64,000 bases of DNA from Antedon mediterranea (taxonomy: Eukaryota; Animalia; Echinodermata). The translations under genes and the position numbers were made by a program. Of the stretch, positions 27,346-41,600 are shown in pieces (position 1 is the stretch's first letter; every line of letters starts with the position of its first letter). The notes below the pieces were generated by a model that searched no databases, was not told where the DNA came from, and worked only from the letters and a program-made list of their open reading frames with translations. Location of the stretch: positions 13,561,432 through 13,625,431 of the forward strand of contig NC_092679.1 of NCBI RefSeq assembly GCF_964355755.1, written 5' to 3'.

Positions 27346-29633
27346 TTATTTGGAGTAGGTAGATATTTACTACAGACTCTCAAATTTTTCCTCCCACCAC
27401 TTCTATAATTTCTTCCTATGTTCAAATTGTGGAAACTTGGGACAAGATAAATAATCAGTCTTTAAATTTGAATATTTGCTGAACCATCCTTTTGACATTT
27501 GTCAAACACTTCAGTCAAATACCCAAGACATCAATTATTATTTTTTACATTTAAAAGATGAATATTTTAGATTCAAAATATTGCTGAAAGTCATTCTTTG
27601 GATTTAAGCACTCTCCTGATCACTACAGTGGCCATAGACACCTTCCTTACATGGCACTTCAGGTTTAGGAATTTAGGGAACATGTCTGAAAGTTCTTCAG
27701 AAATCTTTGAATATATGTTGCGGAAGAATACCAAAAATATCCAGGACATGTTACACATCAATTATCATTTCTTATATTGAATAAGGAAAGATGAATATTT
27801 TAGACTGAAAATATTATTAGGAGTCCTTCAAAAATCTGTAATCATCTCTAAATTTATTTTTAAAAAGTCCTGAAGAAATATGCAATTATGCGTTAAAATA
27901 TCCAGGACAATTAGGTACATATCAATTATTATTACCTTGGCCAAGGATGTTTTCACCCCTATATGTGTGCGTGTATATGAACAGCCTATAGGTGACAGTT
28001 CAATACCAACGCTTCACCTAGATAAAATGGATCTAGTATTGTAGAATTCATCAATAGTGGTGCGATACATGAGAATCTTTTATGAATGTTGACCTGTCAA
28101 TGCATGGCTCATTTAAAGCACAATAATATAACTGGTCATGACTTGTGTTTTAAAGCCTTGGTAGCTAGACTCCTAATTGTGGGACCTTAGAAGGTAGGTC
28201 CGCGTTTATAAATTATTAATAAATAAACATAACACTAATATGTGGTTGTCATACAAGATAGATTGTTTGTGGTTAAAGAAATCAAATACAAAGATGTTGC
28301 TGTAGTTACAAACTCAGACCCTCTCTATGATATACTTTTTAAACTAGCAGAATATGCGACAAATGTAGTTAGACTTTAAAACAAGTCTTGGATAAGGACT
28401 ATAAAACCATCAAAAAATGCTTGTGTGCAAAAAAAAAACTTTGAGATGAGTAGGGAGTTACCCAAATATAAAGCCACGATCACACACAGAGAGTTATCAT
28501 AACTCATCAAGAGGGCCCCTTGATTGTCGCTGTTTAGGGCCACCCTCTATAAATAAGGCGAAATAAAATTGGTTTATGGCTAACAAGATTTACATCTTGT
28601 ACACATATTATTATACAATAATGAATGCTTATGAATGAGATTGTTCAAGAGGTGAAAGATGAAAGGTTATTATTTTCACAAGGCGACAACCGAGTGAGAA
28701 TATGACCTTTCATCTATTGCCGAATGATATTTTTACCATAGCATGAATATACAAACATTCATTATTTGTTTTATATAACATTTAAGTAGATTCTTGTCAT
28801 TTCATTCAGATTGAATGAAAGGTTGGCCTACATTTGATTAAAATTAAAAGATACCAATTTAATTTTTTTATACATCTATCTAAAAAAGGTTTTTACCTCT
28901 ATAGCTTATTGGTTTTTTTGAGTCAGCATCATCATGTAATTTAGTCATTTTATCGTCGCTCAACAGAGCAAAATTGCAACAGGAGATTGTTGTTAAGGGA
29001 GTTTGTGTAGTTCTAAACTCCTGTGGGAGCATGCGCAAAGCATTGTTGTTGTCGGTATAGGAATACATAGACGAGCATAAAAAAAGTTCCTTATTTTTTT
29101 ATCACATGACCCACAATCTTCCAATCAAATGACAGGAATCTATTTAGGCGTTGTATAAAGATACCTAGTTCATATACGCTATATCGGGGGGTTATCAACA
29201 GTAGGTTAGATAGTAATATAAAATCAATCTCATGGTTATATAGCACGTGAGGACATTGTAAGGTGGCGTCTGGCTTTTTATTCTCTATTAACAGTGGTTC
29301 TTCATAGGCTATGAATACACTAGATGGATGAATCTGACCTGTGGACTGTCGGTTGATAACCCCTGTGCTATACAAATCAACCTATTTTTGTTAATAATAA
29401 TAATAGATCCTTCCATCATCTGCACTGATATCAATGGTATAGCAGTATACTACTTGACATGTGTTGCATTTTGTAACTACACTAGGTAGATACATTCAAT
29501 ACCACCCGCTGCACAGATATAATTTTGAAACTAGCATTCTTACGCATCTTGCTATTACACTAGGTAGATCCATCTAATGCCTCACCACCCTCTGCACCGA
29601 TTATCATATCTCACCACCTCTGAGCCGATACTC

Positions 29634-32600
29634 CTATACAATATCATCTAACAGTGTACTTGACAATCGGTCAATGTGCTTTCTTGAAATATCAGCATCA
29701 ACACTTGGTAGATCAACCTGTCTTCTCACTGCCCTCTGCAAATAATAATAAAAACACAATTCAGCATCATTGATTCGATATTCAAATTAATCAGAGTCTA
29801 TTGGCTGGTAGCCCTAAACTAAACCTAAAGGCATAAATGTAGTTAAAACAATATATAGCAGAACTTAAAGAAGAAACCACAGAATCTCTAACAAAGTGTT
29901 CCCTTAAAAAAGAGGTTGGCCAATAAAACATAAATTTCCACTCTTTCGTTTAACCAGAAAGTATGGGACTTACAATGACTAGGAGTATAGAAAAATTAAA
30001 AAATACCTCAATTTTGTGAACAAGTTCAACATCCCATTTATGTACGATAAAATTAGTAACATGACCATTGCTGTGGCTACCAACTCTGCCGACTCGACCA
30101 ACTCGGTGGATATAGTCTGACATATGGTTGGGAAAGTCAAAATTGACAACATGGTGCACCTACAAAACAAGATCATGTAGAAATAAAATATTATCAATGA
30201 AATAAAACAATAGCAACATCGGAATGTATCAGAAATTGATAGTGAAATACTTTGTGTATCTGTGTAATTCTCCTGTGGACCTTACACTTGGGATATTGCC
30301 CAATACAAATTACTCTGTACTAAACTAAAACTTATTGATTACTTGTGATTTGTGTTAGCTTCTTGCGTCTGACCTTGCTCAGATAGCAACGCTATAGACA
30401 TTCCTAGGTTTATAGTATGCACAAAAAGCAGTATTCTAAAAAGCAGCCAGGCAATGCTTAAGCACAAATTAAATCCTATGAATGCATTAACTTACATTTG
30501 TTGTGTCTATGCCACGAGAAGCGATGTCTGTAGCAACAAGAATGTTACAGTAACCATTGTGAAAGGCTTGTAGCATCCCAACTCGATACTGCAAGAAAAA
30601 TGAAGGTGATATGAACAAAAAATGTACAACTCATCAAATAGGAAAGACTGTCCAGTGGGGAAATGCAATAGACAACAGTCCACCCAAGTCCATTGTTAAA
30701 ATAGAACCTAAGCCTAGGCCTACACTGGTTTTATTTTACACACAAGATAGGGCCGGAGAGAGGGAGGCGAGGCCAGCGACCGCTCCGGCGTTTACAACAA
30801 CAATGAACCACGCCCAGCTCTATCGTCGTGCGATGATGTGAGTTTAGTGAGGCATGACAAATCACATGACCGGTTTTTCTGCTGTGATCATTTTATTTCT
30901 TAAGAAGTCATACTACAATTGTTGATTACTTTTATCAATTTTTATATGAACATGTAGCGTTTAAAGTTGTAATATGAATTAACAGTCAATAAATATTTAA
31001 AACATTATAGTTGTATTTTCAGTTTATTTCTTATTGTTATGGTGTCCTGCTGAGAGAATGGAAGAGTCCAACTTGTATTGGGGATTGAAAACCGCCAGCA
31101 GATATCAAGTGACTTTAGCAAGCGGTGGGTGTACACAATTAATAAAAACCCAAACAGTGTACCTTGTTTTCATTTGACAATGATTAAAAATATAAAAAGA
31201 AGTAAATATCAACGTTGTTCGTCTCTTTTTACACTCCGTTTCACCGTCATGTGAAATACATGGTTGTCATGGTTTTTAGTTCTATTATTATTACAGCAGC
31301 CGCGTAATCGTCATTGGATGATCAGCAGATCCTTTTGTGATTGGCCACAAGGGTTTTTTTGTTTGCGTGGTTATTATGAGAGCAAGAGCCGCGCCGCAAA
31401 TGCGCTTTACATTATCAACACAGCTATTTTTAGGTACAGTACAGTTAATGTGTGTGTGACTGAATACTAAAAATAGCTTTGGGGGCTGAAAAAAAAAAAT
31501 GCTGACGTGTTCTTCGTTTACGTCGGAATTTTTTTGCCGAGGTCATTTCGTCCCAATTTTGAGGGCTGCACACATGGGCTCATTGCAATAAGAATGAATG
31601 CACATCTAACAAAATTGCACTCTTGAAGTCCAACTCAGATGTACAACAAGGCTCGATGAGTCGTCTCGTCGGGAGAAAATTAAACATGTTTAAAGTGCTT
31701 GCAACGAGTCAAGATGTTTAGTCGGGTCTCTTCGTACGACGCTGTCCGAGTTTGCCTTTAAGGGTCCATTGGAGTAGTCTATTGAATATCATGTGACCCA
31801 CAATTCTCCAATCTATTGACAAGAACTCATGCATGTTATTAACTGACCTGTGGTAATAAATTTCCATTCAGTCTGATGACTTTAATTTTATGATCTTGTA
31901 AGAATGCTGACATCCAGTTACAGCTGTCTATTTCATTACAAAATATAATAGTACGAATTCCTCTTTTGTCATTCTTTGCAGCCAACTCCAAAATGTGAAC
32001 TATGAAATATAAAAAAATATATTTTAATCAATACAATGTAAATTTATTTTATTAATAAAAAAATAGTCCAACCACTAATAGCGAGTTTTAGATGTGCGAC
32101 GCTATTATTCCAGAACGTAAAACATACCATTTTGCAATAGACAGTGAAGTCTTCTGATTGAACATAATGCAGACACGTCTGCTAATTTACTCAAAGAAGC
32201 AGACATTATGAATGTGATTGTGTACGCATATGTGTTAATGACGTCATATCCTTCCATAGAACTAATTTTCGTAGATCCAATACTCACTATTAAGGGGAAA
32301 CCTTCGAGAAGCAACAAAGTATCCCCTTCATAATTGTCAGACTAATCCTACCGATTTGAACTAAGGGCCTAAGGATTGTTGAGAAAGTATTTCAACAGCA
32401 ACTCCACCAGGTCACTACATTTTCTATATTTACTTTACAAAATAAAAACACACCTGATTTTTCTGAACTTGACATTCGGATGAACTTTTGGTTGACATGG
32501 GGCATAACACGGTGAAGGTGAGATGTGGATATTACTGTTAGTGATTTCTCCTGAGAAAGAAATACTTAATTACATAACAAATTGATTTTCGTAAATCTTC

Positions 32601-35600
32601 TAATTGTAACCCTGGGTTCTTTGATTGTTTTTTTACAGTGGGTTAATATTAGAAGGGGGGGGGGGGGGGGGTTACTATTAGAGTAGTGGGTTACTTTTAC
32701 TTATCTTAAATTAGGCACTTGAAAATAGTAACCAACTCCAACTATTCCGGTCAGCAAATCATAAGCAAAAAATAATAAAACAGTACGAATAAACAAAAGT
32801 GGTTGAACTCTAACTTTATTTAATAAACTCAAAAGCACTCAATTCACCCCACACTCCTGAGATCAACTTGCCTTATCTCTTTATTTCATCATATTGCATC
32901 ATAAACGACCAGTCTTCATAATGTCATTTTGTCAATAGTTTTGTGACTCTAATATTAACCCCATGGGTTACTATTAGAGTAGTGGCCCGGGTTATTATTA
33001 TAGATTGACTTATAAGGTGGGTGACTATTAGAAGGGGGTTATTATTAGAATGTGGGTTACTATTAGAAGATTTACGGTATAATGAAAATTAGACTAAATA
33101 CAGATGTTAATTTCGTTTTACTCTAACATTGTATTAATTTAATAAGAAAATTCAAAATTAAATTTACAGGTACAAAATTATTTTCTTCTGTTAAAAATAT
33201 GTCTTGTAAGTTGTAGGAAAAGATTTGTTTCCGAGGTCAACATTTTTTATTTATTTAAAACAATTTTATATCTATTTTTGTTTTACTATTTACTACTATG
33301 TTTTAACAACTCTACAATCCTTGATATAACAGTTTGCATAGTTTATCTGTGTTGGTGTTTTATAACAACACCTTGTCACTGTTTGTCAATATGTATATAG
33401 TTTTCTGTAATATGGTTCAAAATACAGATGCAAAATTACGTCTCTAGTGGGAACCTTAAAAGTTGAATGAAAGATTCACCTACTGAAGTTTAATAAAAAC
33501 CCCGTTTAAAAACCAATCTTTTAAAGTTTTTTTGTAATTCAATTTATTTTAAGCACTTTGGGACAATTTTCTGATTGTTAAAAGCACTATATAAATTTGA
33601 CAACATTATTACACCAGTAATTTGATTTAAAACAAATTAAGATCACTTACGGTAATAATTTCACTAAGAATTTCTGAATAGTGTTTTGGTAAGGTAGCTC
33701 CAACCAATATCAACTGAGCCTCAATTGGTGGATAGTTATGCGACCAGTTACCAAGGCAAATCTACAAAACATAGAATGAAAAACAACTTTTTTTTCCCTC
33801 AGTAATTACAACTTTTTTTATCTGTTATCTATAAAAAAGGTACCCTCTATATAAAAAAAAAGATGTTTTGGAAAATGGCAACTATGGAATACAGCAAGTG
33901 CTTTTATGAGAAGAAAAAAACAGCATGTTTTCCCAGAAATAACTTGAAAAATGGCATCTATGGAAGTGTGCCTTTAGTGAAAGCTTATAAAGCACAGTGA
34001 TGTGCAAGTGATTTATAACTAAGTCATAAAAAAATTTCAAAATTTATATTGATTATTTTAAACATGGCTCTTACATTTTAAAATGCAATATTAGAATAAA
34101 GTATTATCAAAACCTACATTCACATTTTGAAGAATCCTAATTATGTTATTGGAGAAGCTGCCATCTAACATTGTATCTACCTCATCAATAACAACATGGT
34201 GAATGTGCTTCATAGACACAAATTCTGAAATGGAAAATGTTATGGTAGATGATTTTACAAAATGTAAAAAAACCAATGACACCAACAAAAGCAACTATTA
34301 TAAATAGATTTCAGTGTTAAAAATATTAAATATATTTGACTCTATATATTACGGTAACCACCTCTATAAAGGTTCTTTGATAAATCTAATGATCTCTCAT
34401 CTCCAAACATGGAGGTGCAACTTTCCGCCAATTGTTTTTGACAAAAAAAAAATATCCTGGTAAATGGTAGTGTATAAATATAAACTTACTATTTAGAGGT
34501 TATACAAAATGGCCCCTGTTGGTTAACTAAAGGAAAAGAATGTCACGGATAGAAAAGTACCTGACCTGCCCTCCAAGAACTTTGTTAGGACATTTGTTTC
34601 TCACTTTTTTTTAATACAAACATTTTGTTTTGCCTACTCAGTGTGCGTTTCCAATATTTGCATAAGAAAATCATGTTATACTTTAATTAGAATAAAACTT
34701 AGTAGTAATATTTACTCTCTCTTAAACAGCCTATCAATGGACCAGGTGTTGATATGATGATGTCCACTGGAGTCTTGAAAGTATGTAGCATGGTTTTCTG
34801 CATTAAAAAAAAAAAAAAAATTAGATTTAAAATAATGGATTATTGTTTACCATGGCAAAGGTGAATCTTTCAACTCTAATGCTCCCACTAGAGAAGTAAT
34901 GTTGCGTCTGTATTGGCAACCAGAGTTTATTGCCAATAAACAGAATTTTATGACATTATTTATTCTATTCTTGTGTAATCATACCGAAGTATGTACTCGC
35001 CAATTGCAGGACAGGAAACCCGCCAGATCTAACTCTAATAGGATTTGAACCAAGGATTGGTAAGGAAATGGATCCATCTGGTGAATAAATTGCTTATTAC
35101 CTTTGATTTTGATCCTTCCAGATGGCGTATGGTGACACTGTTCTCAGATGTTAATAACCGTCCTACTTTCTGTAAAGCAACAAAAACTTTGTAAATTCAA
35201 TGTAAATTATCAACATCACACATAGAGAATACATAGAAAGCATACCACCTCAATTCACACTCAAGGCTAATTTACAGACAAGCAGTAATATGAAGCAATA
35301 AACGGTAAGCAGAAAACAAAATATGTAAAATTTGTTAGTTCTTATGACCATTTCCACAAAACGTGGAGTAGACGGGCGGTTGAGTGGAAACCAGATGGAT
35401 ACCCGAGGATAGATACCCGATTCTATGTGGGACAAGCTCACGGTTTTCCGCTTACCATTACATTAAAAGATGTCTAAAAAAGTCATCACACATGGACTGT
35501 TGTAGTGCTATGAAGCCGAACTTCAGTATGAAAGTCAGTCAATTGGTCAGTCATTTCAGCATTTCAAGATGGCTGTTGTTAGTGTTGAAAATAACTTGTC

Positions 35601-38600
35601 CTATCTAGTTTTTTTAGAAAAATGATTTACATTTTACCTCAACTTGTATGGCAAGTTCTCTAGTTGGTACTAATATCAAAGCACTGGGATGTTTTGGTTC
35701 AGCTTTCATACCAAATGTATCTCTTTCATTGTACAACATATTGAGGAGTGGAAGCAGATAAGCCAAGGTCTTTCCACTGCCTGTTTCAGCTGCAAATAGT
35801 ACATTCTTCCCCTCTAATAAGGATGGTATTGCATTGTACTGTAAAGGAAATTAAAAACGAGTTAATATCAGGTCAAGTGAGCAACATAAGAGTTTGATTA
35901 TTTTTATTAATTTCCAACAGTCTAACTAGAATCACACAGAGTACAGTTTTTCCTTTACATGTGCAAAAATGAGTAACTTCCATAAAGTTTATTAAGTTAG
36001 AGATACTAGTTCCAAGTTCCAGATTCAAATGTATAGGTGATTACAAGAGACATTCATTATTTAAAAAAATCTAATTCACAAATCTAGGCTCATGTTAGTA
36101 TGAAATTTTCTTTCATTTGACATCCAAAAACAGACTGCTCCAGCGGTTTTCGAATTTTAAAGTGGAGCTACACTCAGACTTTCTCAGCTTATATCATGTT
36201 TAAGTATGTTTAATTGAAAGTGATTACATAAAAAAAACCAGGAAAATACGGAAATATTTTCCAAAAACTAATTTGTAAAAAATCGGTCAGGAAATAGTGT
36301 TTTTTAACACATTACAGTTTTTCAGTAACTTAGGGGTTATTAGTTTACAATACGTCGCAAAACGCGTTACACTTAGCGACTGACGCGTTTTAGTCGCCGG
36401 TCAACGCATTGATGAAATGTCTCCCCTTTGGTAAATTATGTGTCGAAAAATGGGGAATAAATTTTATACACACAATTAATACGATTTGTTTAGGCCTAAG
36501 TAATATTTCCGATAAGAATGTCAGTATAATTTACATGTAACCTCATGATTTTCACTGTACAACAACAGCATAATAATCTTATCAGATTGCTTTTAACTTT
36601 AAGCTAGGGCTAGCCCTAGCTCAGCCGTCTGCTCAGCCTAGCTAGCCTTGAATTTTTTTTTAGAGGCCTATGTATTCATAGGCATGGTCGTTTCGCCCCA
36701 TTTATCGTTCCTGGGTTTTCTCGCACATTAAGAATTGTGAAACACAAAATCCTATAGTATACAGAACAAGAGTAGTAAAGAGTAGTAAAGCGATGTGCAA
36801 GCTTAGACCTGACTGACTGAAAAGCAACTTTTCAGGCACCCTATCATGGCCCATGGGTAGGCCAAGGTCGGGTGCCAGCAAAACAAACTTCACTGCTGTC
36901 AGCCTAGCCTAGCTAGAGGCCAAGCAGCATCGGTACATACCTACACTCTAGTAGGCCTAGGCCTAGCTTTATTGAATATATAGCCACGTCTTTCTCAAAT
37001 CTCGTTAAATTTGACGTTTTAGTAATAGTCTCATAATCACATTATTACACTGTGAAACATAATAGGGTCACATTCAGAATGTTTTAATACTTTTCGCCCG
37101 TCAAAAATAACATCGCGACAAAATAACAGATTGCCAGCAGCTGCAGTAGTGTGATTGTGAAAAATGTCACGTGATCGTACTCCCTAGCAAAATAAAAAAC
37201 CCAATTGGACCCGAACGGGGGAAAGTGTCTATTTACGCAAAATTGCGCAATGTATACGTGATAAAAATACCAGAAATAGAAAGATCTGGGAAAAATAAAA
37301 AAAATATACATTTTACTTTTTTTTTTTGGTGAAGAAATGAATTTTTTAGGATTATTCAAATATACCCCCCTTTTGCATGTAAAAGAATAGGAAATTACAA
37401 GGTATCCCCCCAAAACGCAAAAAGGCGTGATTTTCAAGAAAATCGTACCCATTGAAAAAAAATTCAAAAAAATATGAAGTATAAGGGATGATATTTTTAA
37501 ATAATAGTTGAAATGTATGAAAAATAGTAATTTTCTGGGTGGAGCTCCACTTTAAAAAGCATTCACTATTTTGGAGGAACGGAACAGCGCAATAAATAAC
37601 CATCAGCATATAAACAAATTTTACTAACAAAGGTTTTACATTTTTTTTAATAGCTGGTATTGAACACAATGAAAATATACTAGAATACTATATTTTAAAC
37701 TTACTTGAATTTTTGTTGGATAATCAACACTCATTGTGCATAGTGCATCCTTAAGTGACTTGTGCAATGGAAGATCATCAAAGCTTATCTTCCTTTCAAT
37801 ACCATTGCTATCTGGTTTCTTACCAAGGTAGGAAGGGTTCTAAACAATATTAAAAAATTAAAAGACATTTTAAATTACTGCTAAATAAATACTTACCAAT
37901 TTAATTATGTTTTTAGGGGCAGGTCAAAAAGATATAAAAGGTTTGCATTTTAAACAACACTTTTAGATGGATATGATAAGACAATTCCTTCTAGAAAGCT
38001 TACAGAATGACCACTGACAGAGAATGGAGGCAATTGTTCATAAAGCCAATGACAATAGGATAACGCTGAAAAAAAAATGGTATCTAGTTTGAGTGTGACG
38101 TGGTAGGTAGAAATTGTGAGGCGACAGTGGCTTATAAAATAAACTATGGAAGACATTAGGAAAGGGCAATGCATATAACACAGTGCTCTGTAGCTAGGTG
38201 CTTGACACACTGCTTTACCAATTCCAGAGTTGTTGGTTCAAATCTTCTTCCAGCATAGGTTATGTCAAGACAATCTAACAACAAGACACTGAGCTTGCCT
38301 TGCCAAGATAGGAACTTGTAACAGTCCTTTGATCTTAAATTAAATGTAATCAAATAGGACAATTCTGTTCTGAGTTGAGATATTTCATGCATAATTATTA
38401 GCAAATCAGAGATAATGTCACTGGTTAATTTGTCATGGAATGCTCAATAAATAAAAACTTACACTTTTGTATGCAAGAATGGTGAAGTAGTCTCCCTTAG
38501 ATTTCTTATGTTTCCAGCCATGTGAAGCTAGCTTTGGTTGAGCAAATTTATCATACTTTTGATTCATATAATGGTTGAACTCTTTTCTCTTCGCAGAGAT

Positions 38601-41600
38601 GATTTCCTTTCCTGGTTTTGCCGTAAACACTCGTCCTTTCCATTTCACTGGCCCTTTGCCGGTTTTCAGTTTATCAATGCCCTTGGCAAGATTCCGTGGT
38701 ATGCGGATTACTTCCAAGCCATCGGACTCCTATAATTTTAGAAGAAAAACTAATTTATAAATATTTCGTGAAGATCTTACAAGATTGATTAACGACCAAT
38801 TAGCATATTCTTAATGATTTGTTTTCTCTGTTTTTGTGAACACTTCTTACCTGTTTGCTGTCTGCTCTCAACTTTTTAAATTCATATGTTATTTTATTGT
38901 AAAAAAAATCAACTATTTTGATTGCCAGTTTTATCATACTGGGCTCGCACTGGCCGATCGCCAAGTCGCCATGGGCGAAAACGTTTCCAGATTGGCGAAA
39001 AATAAAACGGCTACTTTAGCCACTTTGGCGATGACATATGATAAAATAGATAATCAAATAAGGTTAATTTACCAAGTACACATGTTTGTTAGTTCTAGAC
39101 CTCTGCTTTATGAATTGCATTGGCTACCTGTTGAAAGTAGAATCACTTTTAAAGTGTTACTTTATGTCTACAATTGTATAAATAATAATGCGCCCTGTTA
39201 TCTGAGCAATCTCTTACGGGTGTATAGATGTGCTAAGAGAGGCCTGAGTTCCGAGATAGATCACACTAGATTGGATCACTGTCTCGAAAAGCGGACCTCT
39301 GAAAATAATACTTTCTCAAAATTTGGACCGGTGATGTGGAACGACCTCCCGTCTGTATACCGGGAACAAACCACGGTTTTAAAATTTAAAAAAGCCCTCA
39401 AAACACATCTATTTCCTAAGAAGTAACTCATTGTTGGGTGTGCTGATGTAAAGCGCTTTGATCATTTTATACTAATTTGGAAAAGCGCTTTATAAATAAA
39501 ATAATAATAATAATAATAATAATCATTTTGGCGAAAGCATAAAGTCCAACTAAAAGGTCCATTTGTCGATCTTCAAGCATTTATTTTGTTCGTTATAATG
39601 TTGTTTACTTCAAGCTCCATTTTCGTCAACTCGTTGTACCAGGCGTCTCTTTGTTATTTCAATATGATGGAGGTACAGTATACTGCACAGAGAGACAGAC
39701 ATTACACGACACATGGATGATGGAGTCTACCCAAACTATCACGTGTTGCACTGCACGAACGATCGACGACTCGACAGCCGACGGTCGGCTATTTACCGGG
39801 ATTGTCTATTTTTCGATAGGGGTGTACTTTTCAGATTCAAAACAAACATAGTATCTTCAATGAATGATCTTATCGAAATCATTATTTATGCGTTATGCAT
39901 TTTAGGCTCCAATAATGTAGTTTCATATTTTACCCTTAATAAAGTTTCCTCGTGCGTGCAGTGCGTCAGTAGAGTAAACAAAATAACATTCGGGAAATGG
40001 TAGAGTCTAACGGGGATTTAGCTAAACAAACATAGTGCATTTATTGCGGACTATATAAACAGCAAGGCCGGCCTCCGGCTTCTGTGTTGTTGGGTAATAA
40101 ATAATCGAGCCGGGATGGTATACATTTCTCCCCGACAGAAATGCTTTTTCCCTGTGCTTTGGCCTATATTATCTGCACGTTCAACAACGATACGAGTGTT
40201 CGTTTGCTAGAAATATTTTAAGCATATACGACGTACCGTCGTACATAATTTTGTAGGCCTGCGCTAACTGCATTTTTGCACCTCTTGAGCATATCCAATT
40301 TAAAAACATTCACCCGCTGCGCAGCGGTGACGGTGGGTGATTGTGAAAGTCTTAGGACACGATTTTCGCATGGGGTACGGAAGCCACCAGCCAAGCGTAA
40401 AAATAACATAGCGTTCAGGGGATTTCAGAAAACTGTAAAACTTATTAACTTGATAACTGTATGAATGCTGTACGATTAAAAACAATTTGAACAATTGTTT
40501 TGATCATATAAAATACAACAACAATTATTTTTTTTAATCATACAGTGATTTAGGCATGGCTCTCTCTCCCCAAATGCCTTACAAAAACGTTCAGGGAACA
40601 GTGTATAGACCTATTGACATAGATAAATTAACTAAAATGTTTTTACCATTATATATCAACAATTTTTCATTTTGGCTAATGACCGATTCATTTGGCTAAA
40701 TAAAAAAAATTGGACTTTAGCCATTTTGGCTATAGGTAAACTGATTTGACTAAAAAAAATATTTTGACTTTCGTCAAATGGCTAAACAAAATGAAATGTT
40801 AGTGCTACCCCAGTCATATATTGTATGATGGGGTTTTTACCAAGAATAATAAAACATGATTGATTTAATATTGAATTGTTGATTATTTAATCACATTTAC
40901 CTGGTTATTAAAAGCATCTTTAACTGCAACACTGCCATACAATCTATTAATATTTAGACATCTTCTACAAACCTGAAAAAAAATATAATTTAATATCAAT
41001 GTACCAAAAAGTAGAGTTTGAAACTTAAATGTAACCAGGGCATCATTTATAAGGAGCGCCTGCGCGACCGCGCTCCTTTACGCTCCTCAACAGGCTTCGA
41101 GGAGAGCAATTTATCGCGCTCCTTAATTTTCAAAATAGAGCCTAGCTTTTGACAGTGTTGATTTTTCTGTCAAGAGGCCTAAAAACACATGGATTTTTAA
41201 AAGTTAAAACCAATCTAGGCCTAGGCTAATAATATATAAGCTAAGTTATAAAGCTACAAGCCTAATGGCAGTCCCTCGTTTTTAAGGATCGCGAGTGCGA
41301 TCGCAATCAACAACCTTTCGAAAAGGAGAGCAATTCATCGCGCTCCATCTCACAGCAGTGCGAGGTACCAACAAAGGGGATTCCCCTGCCTGCGCGCATT
41401 CAAGGGCGAGTTTACTTCATCGCCTCATAGTGCAACCAGTACGGTGTCATAGAAACACCTCCTTTACAGGAAGATCATGTCCCAACCAATAATTTTTCCC
41501 TTTATGTTTTTATGGAACGAGTTAATAAAATATATTTAATTTTAAAAGGCAACATTAATATAGGAGGCCTAAATATAATGTTTATTATTTAAAAAAGCTT

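Noticed and set aside
28610-29390. Palindromic and dispersed repeat pieces downstream of DDX28 (motif also near 31790 and 58740)
   Set aside because: Probably old MITE or Crypton-like debris, but ends and family could not be defined by eye.
34177-34188. DEVD instead of DEAD as a sign of DDX28 inactivation
   Set aside because: DEVD occurs in active DEAD-box helicases such as DDX21, and all other motifs and splice phases are intact.
38836-39090. N-terminal part of the 196-aa ORF
   Set aside because: Chance read-through of intron and transposon DNA upstream of the L2 fragment.
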